Shown: piece after piece, positions 37,591 to 47,393 of the stretch | Layout of the letters: every line of letters starts with the position of its first letter | How positions within the stretch are numbered: position 1 is the first letter of the stretch | DNA from: an uncultured delta proteobacterium | GTDB lineage: Bacteria; Desulfobacterota; Binatia; Binatales; Binataceae | DNA: 64,000 nt | Assembly (NCBI GenBank): GCA_963749215.1 | Contig: CAVVMA010000012.1 | Location: 281,629-345,628 of the forward strand | Reading direction: 5' to 3' | Notes under the pieces: generated by a model | The model's input: only the letters and a program-made list of their open reading frames with translations | What the model was told of the DNA's origin: nothing | Database searches by the model: none | Position numbers and translations under genes: made by a program

Positions 37591-39418
37591 TCTGCAGGCC
37601 CTGAAGCTTGCTCTTCAGCCGGTCGATCTGGTCGATCTGGTCAGGTTCCTGGGCCTTCGGGTCCGTTTCCTGGGCCTTCTTCAGCGCGTCCTCATATTCG
37701 TGGCGGGCCTCTCTGACCTTGCCGATCTTCACGTAAGCGTCGCCAAGATGCTCGACGATAGTGGGGTCGTCGCCGGTGAGCGTCACCGCTCGTTCGAGCT
37801 CTTCAACCGCTTTCCTGTACTGGCCCTGCTGGAAATACACCCAGCCCAGGCTGTCCACGTAGAAGCCGTCTTCAGGCTCGATATCGAGCGCGTGCTTGAT
37901 CAGCTTTTCGGCCTCGTCGAGATGGCTGCCCTGCTCGGCGTAGCTGTAGGCCAGATAGTTCAGCGCCTGGGCGTTGCCGGGGTTGAGCTCAATCGCCTTG
38001 CGCATCTCCACGATACTGTCCTGCCGCTGATGGTTCTCGTCGTAGAGCGAGCCGAGGGTGAAGTGAACCTTGTCGCTGCGGGGGGCGAGAGCCACCATCT
38101 TGCGGGCGAGATCGATCGCGGCGGTCATGTCCTTCTTCTCGCGATAAACCCCCACCAGATAGCCCATTATCTCGCTGTCGTCGGGGCGCTGCGCGAGCGC
38201 GCTATTCAACGCCGCGATAGCGTCGTCGTATTTTTCGGCCTTGTCGTAGAGATAGGCGAGCTGCAACCGGGATTCGACGTAATGCTCGGCGCCGGGCGGC
38301 ACCTTCTGGAACTCGGCGAGCGCCTTGTCGTTCTCGTTGAGCTCCGAGTACACGGTACCCAGATAATAGTGAACCCGGGAATTGTTCGGTTCGGAACCGA
38401 GCACGAGGTTGAATTCGGTGGCTGCGCGATCGTAGTCACCGCGTTCGAAATAGAGCAGGCCGATCTTGATCCGGGTGTCGGTCGGCGAGGTGCTGCCCTG
38501 CTCGGCCCGCTGAAAATCCTCCGGCGTTTCGTTGAGCTTCTTCTGGCCCAGGTCGAGCTCGGCCAGATGCTTTCGGACGATCTCGTTGTTCGGATTGATC
38601 TGAAGAATCTTCTGGTAGAGCGCGATCGCTTCCTGCTGCTTGCCCTCGGCTTCGCGCAGCACGCCAAGATCGAGCAGCACCAGCTCGGACTGCGGATTCA
38701 GTTTCAGCGCCTTGCGGTAGTAGCTCTCGGCGCGCGGATAGTCCTTGGCCGAGGCCATCACGCGTCCGGCGTAGTAATAGCCGAGGAACGAGCTCGGATC
38801 CAGCGCGATCAGGCGCTCGAAGGTCTTGAGCGCCTCGTCATAGTTGCCGCGCTTGGCGTAAAGCGTGCCGAGGTACAGGTAGGCTTCCTGATTGTGCGGA
38901 TCGAGCTTCAGCGCCTCACGATATTGCTGTTCGGCGTAGTCGTCATTGCCCAGCGCCGAGCTGACGCCGGCCGCGAGCAGGCGCGCGTCGATCGAGCCGG
39001 GCGCGATCGCCACCGCGCGCTTGACCTCGACCAGGGCGTCCTTGAGCCTTCCGTCGCGGACATAGAGCGTCGCGAGCCTGACCAGCAGCTCCGCGTTGTC
39101 CGGGTCGTAGCGGACGGCCTGCTCGTATTCCTTGAGCGCCTCCTCGCGGTCGCCCTCGTTGGTGGCCACCTCGGCCTTCAGGAAGGCCGCCATCGCATGC
39201 GCGTCGGCCGGAATCGGTACCGGCTCGACCCCGCCAAAAGGGAGCGCGTTTGAAGCAGCCGCAGCCGGCGCCGGCTTCGAGCTGCCGTGGCCGAGCGCGG
39301 AGCAACCCGCCAGCGAGATCGAAAGCGCGGCCGACACTGCAAGCACGCTTCGCAGGCGGGTTCTCATTTGGGGAAAGACGCTGCTACTGGAATTCGACCA
39401 AAGAATGATAGCTAACAC
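37568..39418 (-). CDS. Tetratricopeptide repeat lipoprotein
   Basis: Lipobox SLAGCSA. More than 10 TPR units (for example AEQQYREALKLDPHNQEAYLYLGTLYAKRGNYDEA). Confidence 0.85.
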   Translation of the reverse strand: MLAIILWSNSSSSVFPQMRTRLRSVLAVSAALSISLAGCSALGHGSSKPAPAAAASNALPFGGVEPVPIPADAHAMAAFLKAEVATNEGDREEALKEYEQAVRYDPDNAELLVRLATLYVRDGRLKDALVEVKRAVAIAPGSIDARLLAAGVSSALGNDDYAEQQYREALKLDPHNQEAYLYLGTLYAKRGNYDEALKTFERLIALDPSSFLGYYYAGRVMASAKDYPRAESYYRKALKLNPQSELVLLDLGVLREAEGKQQEAIALYQKILQINPNNEIVRKHLAELDLGQKKLNETPEDFQRAEQGSTSPTDTRIKIGLLYFERGDYDRAATEFNLVLGSEPNNSRVHYYLGTVYSELNENDKALAEFQKVPPGAEHYVESRLQLAYLYDKAEKYDDAIAALNSALAQRPDDSEIMGYLVGVYREKKDMTAAIDLARKMVALAPRSDKVHFTLGSLYDENHQRQDSIVEMRKAIELNPGNAQALNYLAYSYAEQGSHLDEAEKLIKHALDIEPEDGFYVDSLGWVYFQQGQYRKAVEELERAVTLTGDDPTIVEHLGDAYVKIGKVREARHEYEDALKKAQETDPKAQEPDQIDQIDRLKSKLQGLQNVGSAAQ

Positions 39419-39635
39419 GGCGCTTCTGGATCGTCAACGCGACAACCGTCCGACAATCTCTTTTGCGACCGTCACGGACCATTGCCTCGATCCATTGTAG
39501 AGATCGCACGAGCCTGATGCGACAACTTATGTACCGTCGTCTCCTCTGTACAGCCGTCGCGTGATAGCCGTTCCCTGCCGCTTGCGCCTTCGCGCTTCGT
39601 CGGCTACAGCGGGAGGCCGGAGTGCGCCGAGGGGT

Positions 39636-41009
39636 TTGCTGGAAAAGACGCCAAAGGGCGAGCCCGGTTTCCATCCGGCCACTTCGTCTCGCTCCGCCGT
39701 CACCCGCAGAATCTCGCTAATCCCGCTGGTCGCCCTGATGTATCTGGTGGTCAGCGGGGGCGCTTACGGGATGGAAGACGCGGTGCGGATTGCCGGTCCC
39801 CGACTGACGATTCTGCTCTGCCTTATCGTGCCGATCACGCTCAGCCTGCCGACTTCGCTGATGGCGGCGGAGCTGACGGCGCTGATGCCGATCGAAGGGG
39901 GCTTCTACTTCTGGGTCAAAGAAGCATTCGGACCGTTTGCCGGCTTCATGGAAGCCTACCTCACCCTGCTCTACACCGCGGTCGACATGGCGATCTATCC
40001 GGTTCTGTTCGGAGCCTACCTGTCGTTCATCTTTCCGATCGGGTTCGCAGGCGAGGCGACGCTGGCGCTTGCGCTGGTGTGGCTGTCGGGGATTCTCAAC
40101 CTGATGGGAGTCCGGCCGGTCGGCAACGCGTCGATCCTTCTCACGGTGCTCCTGCTGGCTCCGTTCGGGGCGATAGTTGTGCTCGGGATGCCGGGACTGA
40201 TCCATTGGCAGCCGCCACCCGAGCATCTCGGATCGCATTTCCTGAGCGCGCTCGGCGCGGGACTGACGGTCGTGATCTGGAACTTCTGCGGATGGGAGAA
40301 CCTGAGCGTGGTCTCCGGCGAGCTCGAAAATCCGGGCCGAAACTACCTGCGCGCGGTCGCAATCACCTTGCCGCTGGTGGCGCTGGGATACCTGCTGCCC
40401 CTGATGGTCGCGGTATCGGGCCCCAACGCCGCGACCGACTGGCGAACCGGATCGTTCTCGGCGGTCGGCGCCGCGATCGGCGGCCGTTACCTGGGCGCCG
40501 CGGTCGCGATCGGCGGCGGAGTCTCCGCGTTTGCGATTTTCGAGGCCGGGATGCTGTGGGTCTCGCGGATGCCGTTGGTGCTGGCGCGCGAGCGATACCT
40601 GCCTCGCGCACTCTCCGACCTGATGGCATCGACGGCGACGCCATGGAAGTCGATCCTGGTTTGCTGCGGGGTCTACTCGATGCTGCTGCCGCTCGGATTC
40701 GTGGCGCTGGTGGTGATGGATGTCTTTTTCTACATGAGCGCGCTGGCGCTCGAGATGGGCGCGCTGCTCAGGCTTCGGCGGACGCATCCGGCGCGCGACG
40801 GGCGCTTCGTGATCGGACGGAGCCGGACGGCGCTATGCGCGATCGTGCTGGCCCCGATGCTCACCTGGATCGCGACCTTTGGACTCGCGCTCGGAGCGGA
40901 AAGCGCCGGGGGCTTCATCGCCGCAGTGGCGATCGCGCTCGCGGGATGGCCGGTGTTCGCCGTACTGAAGCGCCGCTACGGGGGCCCGGTCGGCGCGGAG
41001 GGCGGGTAG
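39636..41009 (+). CDS. APC family amino acid/polyamine permease
   Basis: 12-TM-type hydrophobic profile, LIPLVALMYLVVSGGAYGMED, WNFCGWEN. Start uncertain (TTG 39636; the ORF is open from 39561). Confidence 0.75.
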   Translation: MLEKTPKGEPGFHPATSSRSAVTRRISLIPLVALMYLVVSGGAYGMEDAVRIAGPRLTILLCLIVPITLSLPTSLMAAELTALMPIEGGFYFWVKEAFGPFAGFMEAYLTLLYTAVDMAIYPVLFGAYLSFIFPIGFAGEATLALALVWLSGILNLMGVRPVGNASILLTVLLLAPFGAIVVLGMPGLIHWQPPPEHLGSHFLSALGAGLTVVIWNFCGWENLSVVSGELENPGRNYLRAVAITLPLVALGYLLPLMVAVSGPNAATDWRTGSFSAVGAAIGGRYLGAAVAIGGGVSAFAIFEAGMLWVSRMPLVLARERYLPRALSDLMASTATPWKSILVCCGVYSMLLPLGFVALVVMDVFFYMSALALEMGALLRLRRTHPARDGRFVIGRSRTALCAIVLAPMLTWIATFGLALGAESAGGFIAAVAIALAGWPVFAVLKRRYGGPVGAEGG

Positions 41010-41145
41010 CGGCCTATTTCAAGTAGTGCGCCAGTCTGGCAGAAGGCGTCTCGCAGCGGCCCTGCCTACGCTACCAATGGCGCGATCCGCGATGCCGATA
41101 GAGGAGGCCTTAGTTCGCGGTTTCCGTCTTGCCGGAGGCGGAATG

Positions 41146-41550
41146 CTATCTGGGACGCAAGACTGCGTATCTAGCGATGTAATCGCGAACGTTCTCGAAA
41201 CCAATTTCACCAGCGGCAGTTCTAGTAAGGAGCTCGATCCGGTCTTCCTGCCTATTCCTCAATTCGTACTCATAGAGTTCGAGCATTAGTCGCATTGCAA
41301 CCGAGGCCGTGCGTTTATTGCCGTCCGTGAACGGTGAATTGTGCGCAATTGACTCCGCGATAGCGGCGGCCTTATCGAACGGAGTCTTGAACTGTTCTTC
41401 TCCGAATGCAGAAGTCCAAGGTCGTCGAATCGCCAAATCAAGAAGGGCGTCACTGACCATGCCAAGGCGCCCTCCGTATTTGGCTATTGCGTCCTCGTGA
41501 GCGCTCAGAAGCGCCGAACGCAGATCGCGGAAGAATTCTTCAGACGACAC
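41146..41550 (-). CDS. doc: Doc (death-on-curing) / Fic-fold toxin
   Basis: Doc-type Fic motif HNSPFTDGNKRTA, preceded by GGRLGMVSDALLDLAIRRP and KAAAIAESI. GTG start. Confidence 0.9.
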   Translation of the reverse strand: MSSEEFFRDLRSALLSAHEDAIAKYGGRLGMVSDALLDLAIRRPWTSAFGEEQFKTPFDKAAAIAESIAHNSPFTDGNKRTASVAMRLMLELYEYELRNRQEDRIELLTRTAAGEIGFENVRDYIARYAVLRPR

Positions 41551-41748
41551 TCAGCGAGTGGCGAGCTCACGGAGAAGATTGGCATCTTCAGCCATGATCT
41601 TCTTCACGATGAAATTAAGCGCGTCGAGCCGAGTGAGCACGCCGATCCCTTGGTAGTTGGGGCTGGCGCTGATCGCATAGCCCGAGGTAAGGCCGGGCTG
41701 AATGAGCACAGGCGATATCTGGTACGCTTCTGACAGCCGCATCATCAT
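41551..41748 (-). CDS. Small ORF directly coupled to doc; possible divergent Phd/YefM-like antitoxin
   Basis: 65 aa. Its stop TGA abuts the doc GTG with no spacer. Only vague resemblance to Phd (IGVLTRLDALNFIVKKI). Confidence 0.45.
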   Translation of the reverse strand: MMMRLSEAYQISPVLIQPGLTSGYAISASPNYQGIGVLTRLDALNFIVKKIMAEDANLLRELATR

Positions 41749-42044
41749 GGCTTTTGCGCCCCCGTCGGCTCCAGGATTTGTCCGGGTGCTTCAGGGATTT
41801 TGCCGAACTGCCGCTCGTACTCTTGTAACGCTCCAGCTAAAACCTTGCTGAGAATCAGGGCTTCTTGCGGACTCGTTCGCAATCGAGCCAGCGTTCTATA
41901 AGGTCCTTGCGTCACTTCGACGGCCTCGCCTTTGACCACGAACTCCGCCGTCTCGATGCCCACTTCCACCAATATATCGCTCGGCCTGAACGCAAGCCGC
42001 ACGCTGTTGAAATAAAAGTCCGGTACGTCTGAACCGTCTGGCAT
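41745..42044 (-). CDS. DUF3467-like protein
   Basis: FYFNSVRLAFRPSDILVEVG and SPQEALILSKVLAGALQEYERQFGKI resemble the two conserved DUF3467 blocks. 4-nt ATGA overlap with the next ORF. Confidence 0.6.
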   Translation of the reverse strand: MPDGSDVPDFYFNSVRLAFRPSDILVEVGIETAEFVVKGEAVEVTQGPYRTLARLRTSPQEALILSKVLAGALQEYERQFGKIPEAPGQILEPTGAQKP

Positions 42045-42484
42045 CGTTCTTTAATTTTCCCACAGCCGCACAAACAGTGGAAGGGACTTCAGCGCCACGC
42101 GATCGTATATCGTGGTAGAAGTAGACGAGCAAGCGGCAGACGACTATCGCTTGCTTTGGGTAGATATTTCGCGGGGTTTCGACGTTCGCCATCTGTTCAC
42201 CCGTAGTTTGAACGCGGCGCGCGGCTTTCGCCTCCCGCAGTGCGACCGTCCGTAGCCAAGCGGACAGGTCCAGCTCGACCTGGCGCTGTACGCATGAGCG
42301 AGTTAATCGAAGCGGCTCTGGCAGATCAGTGCATACCCCTGTTTCCTGTTGGTGACGCGCTCCTTTCACCCGGATCATCGTATCGGCGACTTCGACTTCC
42401 GTCGCCGTTACCTCTTAGCCGTTCAGGTCGAGGAATACCAAGACGATTTTTCTTCCGCGGTGGGCCGGCCTCGGTGGGGGTACC

Positions 42485-44284
42485 TCACCGCGGCCGCAAG
42501 CGATACAGGACCAGCGGGCCGGCTCGGGACGGCTCGTCGAGCGTGAAGCGATCGTTCAGCCGATCGAGCTCGTCCTTGAGGACTTGCGCGTAGTCAGGGT
42601 CGCCGGAGGTCCAGAGCAGCAGATAGACCGGGCGGCCTGAGTGCGCCTGCGACGCGAGCGAGTCGGCGGCCGTGCCGAGCGTGCCCGCGGCGTCGAACAG
42701 CACCGGCGGAATCGGCCCTTGCCACCCGTGTGACTTTTTCACGAACAGCCGGCTCAGGTGATAGTCGGTAAGTTCGCCGCCCGGATCGAATGAATGCAGT
42801 CCGGCGAAACTGCGGCCACGCCCCGGGACATACAGCTCGAGGAATTGAAGCGAGATGTTGCTGACGATCTCCGCGCCGGGTTCGATGCTCCGATCGAGCG
42901 CCCGCAGCGCCGGGACGGTTTCCGACTGGCGCGGCGGCGCGGCCAGACGGTCCGCGACTTCGCCCGCGAGCGCGATCGCGAGCAGGAGATCCAGAATCGC
43001 CACGGCAGCGACGATCGAATGCTCGCCGATCGATCGGCGCCGTTTCTGCCACAGCGCGGCGAGCCTGCGATTCGCGATCGCGGCGCCGTGGCCGGCGGTC
43101 GCGAAGATGATGAAGCATCCCGGCAGTATGAATGCGACCTCGGTGAAGACGTAGAAGATGTAAACCGCCAGCAGCGAGCCGAGAAAGCCGAGCCCGAGGA
43201 ACACGATCCGTCTCGCGGCGCGATTCTCCTTCGAGCGAATCGCGGCGACCGTACCCAGTGCCGCGAACGCTGCCGCGCTGAATGGATAAAGATAGAATTT
43301 CGGCGCGCCTGCGCCGTTGATCAATCCGTCCAGCCCGCACATCGACAACAGATAGACCGGAAGATTTCCCGACGGATTTCGCGGCATCGTGGGGCCGAAG
43401 AGATACGCCGCGTTGAACGTGCGCGAGAAGGTCGCGTAGACCTCGGGCACCCACCATGCGTAGCCGCTGCCGAGCATGCTCCCGAAGTGCGCGAGGTTCT
43501 CGCGCGCCTGCCAGACGGGCATCGGCGCGAAGCCGATCGCGAAGGCGCCAAGCAATGCCAGCCTCCGCCGCGAGCTTGAGGCAATCGGCGGCGCGGCCAG
43601 GAGTGCGGCTCCAACTCCGGCCAGGATCGCCAGATTCGTCGGCCTGATCATCACAGTGAAGCCGGCCAGAAATCCGAAGATCGCCCAGTAGACCAGGGCC
43701 GCATCGCGCACCGCCGGCGGAGCTTCCTCTGCGCGGGTTGCGCGCAGTAGCGCGAGCGCGGCGAGAATCGTGACCGTGAGAGTCGGCACGTCGCTCAGGA
43801 CCAGCGTCGAGTAGGTGATGAAAATCGGCGAGCAGGCCAGCAGGACGCTCGCGACGATCGCGGCGGCGCGGCCGAACAACTCCAGCGTCAGCACGTAGAG
43901 CCCGACTATCGCCAGCATCCCGAGCGCGACGCTGGCGTATCCGAAATTGGCTACATCATGGCCGAGCAGCGGCCAGGCCGCGGCCAGGATCAAGGGGTAG
44001 CCTTCGGCGTAGCGGGACGGGTAAGAATAGCCTCCGAAATGGAGCGTGCCGCCTTTGCCCAGGTCGAGATTTACCGCCGCGGCGGCATACTCGAGGCCGT
44101 CCGGCCAGGGCATCAGTTCCTCCGCGCGCTTGAATCCGCTCTGCACCATCAGCAGTATCGCCAACCCCAGCACCATCGCGAGTATCACCGCGTCGCGCGG
44201 CGCGAGGTGATATGGCGCCCGCTGCGACGCGCTTGAAACGGCAGCGGCGGCGGCGGATTTTCCGGATGGCGAAGGCATCTTCAA
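42485..44284 (-). CDS. GT-C fold membrane glycosyltransferase (family 39 / ArnT-PMT-like)
   Basis: 599 aa, many TM helices, an early periplasmic loop (PWPDGLEYAAAAVNL), and a soluble C-terminal domain. Confidence 0.65.
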   Translation of the reverse strand: MKMPSPSGKSAAAAAVSSASQRAPYHLAPRDAVILAMVLGLAILLMVQSGFKRAEELMPWPDGLEYAAAAVNLDLGKGGTLHFGGYSYPSRYAEGYPLILAAAWPLLGHDVANFGYASVALGMLAIVGLYVLTLELFGRAAAIVASVLLACSPIFITYSTLVLSDVPTLTVTILAALALLRATRAEEAPPAVRDAALVYWAIFGFLAGFTVMIRPTNLAILAGVGAALLAAPPIASSSRRRLALLGAFAIGFAPMPVWQARENLAHFGSMLGSGYAWWVPEVYATFSRTFNAAYLFGPTMPRNPSGNLPVYLLSMCGLDGLINGAGAPKFYLYPFSAAAFAALGTVAAIRSKENRAARRIVFLGLGFLGSLLAVYIFYVFTEVAFILPGCFIIFATAGHGAAIANRRLAALWQKRRRSIGEHSIVAAVAILDLLLAIALAGEVADRLAAPPRQSETVPALRALDRSIEPGAEIVSNISLQFLELYVPGRGRSFAGLHSFDPGGELTDYHLSRLFVKKSHGWQGPIPPVLFDAAGTLGTAADSLASQAHSGRPVYLLLWTSGDPDYAQVLKDELDRLNDRFTLDEPSRAGPLVLYRLRPR

Positions 44285-45816
44285 AGCGTTCCGGCAAGGA
44301 TCGTGAGACGGCCCAGGTGGCGCTGGCCGGCTGGATGCTTCTGCTGCTCGCGGTGCCGCGTATCGTTCGGATGCTCTATCCGCAGGTCTGGATCGAGGAC
44401 GACTTCTATCTGGAGGATGCGTACCTGGTGAGTGTCGGGATGCGTCCGTATCTGGATTTCGTCCATCCGCACATGCCCCTGCTCGAATGGTTCACCGCCG
44501 GTTACATCAGGCTGTTCGGCGCCAGCCTATTTTCGGTCGAAGTACTCAACGAGGCCGCCATCTACGCGACCAGCGTGATGACCTGTGCGCTGGCGTACAA
44601 AGCCGCCGGCCGGCGGACCGCGATCTGCGCGGCGATTCTATACGCTTTTGCCTCGCTCGTCTTTCGCTATCACGTCTACGAGCGCGAGTGCTTTGTGGGC
44701 GTCGTCGTCGTCGGGGCGGCGCTGACGGCGATTCGCGAGGACCTGGATCGGATACGGCAGGGTGCGATTCAGGCGGCGCTGCTGGTGATCGCATGCGCGA
44801 TCAAGCTGACGGCGATCGTTCCCGCTGCGGCGATTCTGTGCTTTCTCGCCTTCGGACGCCGGCACTGGCGCGACGCGATTCTGGCCGGATTTGGAATCGC
44901 CGCCGGGCTCGCGGCCCTCTCGGCGGTGCTCTACCGATTGTACGGCTTCGAGTTCGTCTTCCAGACCTTCATCTTCCATTTCATGAAGGGGCGGCTGCCG
45001 TGGCTCGAAGTTGCGGACTACCCGCGCGCGATCCTCGACCTGCTGGCGCCCCTGTTTGTCATCGGATGCGCCCGGATCGTCGCGGAGCGCCGCGTCTCTC
45101 CGGCGCTTTGGCTGGTCTTGATGCTGGTGGCTTTCAACTACGCGTTTTTCGGATTGCTCAGCCCGACTTCGTGGGGGCATAACTACCTCGATTTCCTGCC
45201 CTATATCGCGATCGTCGCCGCGATCGGTTTCGAGCGCGTCTGGAGCGCTTTGCGTGGCGGCCAGTGGCCCGCCGGCCTCGTGAGTCTGGGCCTGATTGCC
45301 GTATGCCTGTTCCGGCTTACTCCGCTGGTCAACGAGAGTTGGCTTCAGGGCAGCGTGTACGGGTTCGGTTTTATCGATCGCGACGAGCTGCGCGAATTGA
45401 GCGAGGGGTTGAAAAGCGCGAGCGCTGCCGACGAGCAAGTGATCGCGCCCGCTCTCGTCTGCTTCGAGGCCAACCGCCGCGAGCTGATCCGGTATCCGGA
45501 AACCTACGGAGTCTATCGCGAGGCCGAGCTGGAATTCGAGCAGCACGGATTCTTCGAGGCGCGCCGGCGTCTGGGCAGCGCCGGCTTCTTTGAGTTGATC
45601 GAAACCACGGCCCATCATTGGAGCGATCCGATGCGCAAAGCGATCGACGACGGCAGCGTCAACGCGATAATTCCTGACTCGTCGCTACAGATGTTGCCGA
45701 TCGTTTCGTTTCAGCCGAGCGCCTTGATTGAAAGCGGGTTCACACCCTACCTTAAGACCGTACACTTCGTGCTCTGGCGGCGCCTGCACGGTGCCGGCCA
45801 AGCCAAACAGCGGTGA
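44266..45816 (+). CDS. GT-C fold membrane glycosyltransferase (ArnT-like)
   Basis: First-loop acidic motif VWIEDDFYLEDAYL. Multi-TM body and soluble C-terminus. Confidence 0.6.
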   Translation: MAKASSKRSGKDRETAQVALAGWMLLLLAVPRIVRMLYPQVWIEDDFYLEDAYLVSVGMRPYLDFVHPHMPLLEWFTAGYIRLFGASLFSVEVLNEAAIYATSVMTCALAYKAAGRRTAICAAILYAFASLVFRYHVYERECFVGVVVVGAALTAIREDLDRIRQGAIQAALLVIACAIKLTAIVPAAAILCFLAFGRRHWRDAILAGFGIAAGLAALSAVLYRLYGFEFVFQTFIFHFMKGRLPWLEVADYPRAILDLLAPLFVIGCARIVAERRVSPALWLVLMLVAFNYAFFGLLSPTSWGHNYLDFLPYIAIVAAIGFERVWSALRGGQWPAGLVSLGLIAVCLFRLTPLVNESWLQGSVYGFGFIDRDELRELSEGLKSASAADEQVIAPALVCFEANRRELIRYPETYGVYREAELEFEQHGFFEARRRLGSAGFFELIETTAHHWSDPMRKAIDDGSVNAIIPDSSLQMLPIVSFQPSALIESGFTPYLKTVHFVLWRRLHGAGQAKQR

Positions 45817-45817
45817 A

Positions 45818-46267
45818 GTGAGAAGCGCCGACCTGCTCAGGACCGCGATGCTCTGGATACACGCGCTTGGCGCGCTGGTCTGGACCGGATCGTGCGCGGC
45901 GTTGATCCTGGCGACGCTGGCGGCGGGCTCGGATGAATCGCGCGATTTTATGCTGAAGGCGGCGCCAAGGATCGACCGTTTGAATATCGCCGCGGCAGCA
46001 ACGGTGCTCGTCAGCGGCGCGCTGAACCTCGCGCTCGCCGGCGCGGCGCGCAATTACATTTTCTCACCGGAATTCGTCACGCTGTTGTGCGCGAAGGTTG
46101 GACTGTTTGCTGCGATGGCGATCGCGCTGGCGGCCTGCCGGCGTGCGGAGACCATGATCGATCGCGACGCTCCGGCTGCGATTTCCCGGATCGTCAAGCT
46201 CTCCGGCCTGACCGTGGTGTCTGGAACGATCGCGCTTGGTCTGGGATTGTGGCTGTTGGGCGCCTGA
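45818..46267 (+). CDS. Hypothetical 4-TM membrane protein (CopD-like topology)
   Basis: MLWIHALGALVWTGS... with four hydrophobic segments. Start uncertain (GTG 45818 or ATG 45848). Confidence 0.4.
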   Translation: MRSADLLRTAMLWIHALGALVWTGSCAALILATLAAGSDESRDFMLKAAPRIDRLNIAAAATVLVSGALNLALAGAARNYIFSPEFVTLLCAKVGLFAAMAIALAACRRAETMIDRDAPAAISRIVKLSGLTVVSGTIALGLGLWLLGA

Positions 46268-46303
46268 GCCGGCGCGCGTGCATCGTTGTGAAAACAGGAG
46301 CCT

Positions 46304-47170
46304 GTGGAAAAACCCCCGACCATCGAGCTGGGTGACTTTCGCGTCGCGTTCCTGACCGACGGGCTGTGGCGCAACGACGGCGGATGCATGCTCGGCGTCG
46401 TGCCGCGCGAACTCTGGCAGCGCGAGCATCCGCCCGACGCGCGCAACCGAATCCGCCTCAATCTCACCTGTCCACTCGTGATGAAAGGCCGCGACGCCGT
46501 GTTGATCGACACCGGAATCGGCAACCGCCTGAGCGCGGACGAGCGCCGGATTTTCGATCACGGCGACGGATGGCTGCTCGACGGCCTGCGCATCCTCGGC
46601 ATGGAGCCGGGCGACGTGACGCACGTGATCCTGTCGCATCTCCACTTCGACCATTGCGGCGGTATCGTGCGGCGGCGCGAATCCGGCGCGATCGAGCCGT
46701 CGTTCCCGCGCGCGAGAATCTTTGTTCAGCGCGGCGAGCTGGAGATCGCGCGCGAAAGCCGTAACGAGCGGCTGCGCGCCGCCTATCGCCACGTCGCCGA
46801 ATGTCTCGATCCGGTCGCCGCGATGATCGAAGCGGCCTACGGCGATACCGAAGTGATCCCGGGGCTCAGCGCCGTCGTGACGGGCGGTCACACTCGCGAC
46901 CATCAGATCGCGATTCTGCGCGCGAGCGGCGGATGCCTGGCGCATCTCGCGGATATCGTTCCGACCCGCTCGCATCTGCGCGCGGCCTGGAATCAGGCCT
47001 ACGATCTTGACGCGCTGCGCACGATGGAAGAAAAAGCCCGCTACCTTGGCCAGGCCGTGTGCGATCGATGGTGGGTGTCGTTCGCGCATGACCCGACGAT
47101 GTTCGCAGCGAGGATCGACTTGAGCGGCAGCAAGCTCGTGGCGGGCGAGAATATCGCCGTAGGCGAATGA
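46304..47170 (+). CDS. MBL-fold metallo-hydrolase
   Basis: VILSHLHFDHCGG metal-binding motif and a later TGGHTRDH. Confidence 0.85.
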   Translation: MEKPPTIELGDFRVAFLTDGLWRNDGGCMLGVVPRELWQREHPPDARNRIRLNLTCPLVMKGRDAVLIDTGIGNRLSADERRIFDHGDGWLLDGLRILGMEPGDVTHVILSHLHFDHCGGIVRRRESGAIEPSFPRARIFVQRGELEIARESRNERLRAAYRHVAECLDPVAAMIEAAYGDTEVIPGLSAVVTGGHTRDHQIAILRASGGCLAHLADIVPTRSHLRAAWNQAYDLDALRTMEEKARYLGQAVCDRWWVSFAHDPTMFAARIDLSGSKLVAGENIAVGE

Positions 47171-47246
47171 GTCCAACCAAAGAGGAGCTTGTGGAGATAT
47201 CTGGTGGCAACACGCACTGTCCCGGCGCGATGGTTCAGAAGTTAAC

Positions 47247-47276
47247 TTGATGCGGTGTTGCAGCGTCCGTTATACT
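47247..47276 (+). promoter_or_regulatory. Candidate sigma70-type promoter upstream of prkA
   Basis: TTGATG (47247-47252), 18-nt spacer, TATACT (47271-47276), about 120 nt upstream of the prkA ATG. Confidence 0.25.
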
Positions 47277-47393
47277 TATTACGCGGATGGGCCCCAAAAA
47301 TAGCACAACCGGCGGAGATCCTCTTCAATCGTCCTCAGTCCGCCGGTACCCCGGAGCCAACCCCAACAGGCCAACCTCCGCAAGGAGTCACCG

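Noticed and set aside
39419-39635. A ~200-nt leader upstream of the APC permease, examined for a riboswitch (glycine, lysine or other amino-acid classes).
   Set aside because: I could not recognise any conserved riboswitch core motifs by eye. A covariance-model search would be needed.
41896-42378. A 160-aa minus-strand ORF overlaps the DUF3467-like gene start and the adjacent spacer. It was considered as an integrase remnant because of an ...FYHDIRSRG... segment.
   Set aside because: It has no convincing recombinase motifs (no R..HxxR..Y pattern). It overlaps a better-supported gene in another frame, and its composition is atypical.
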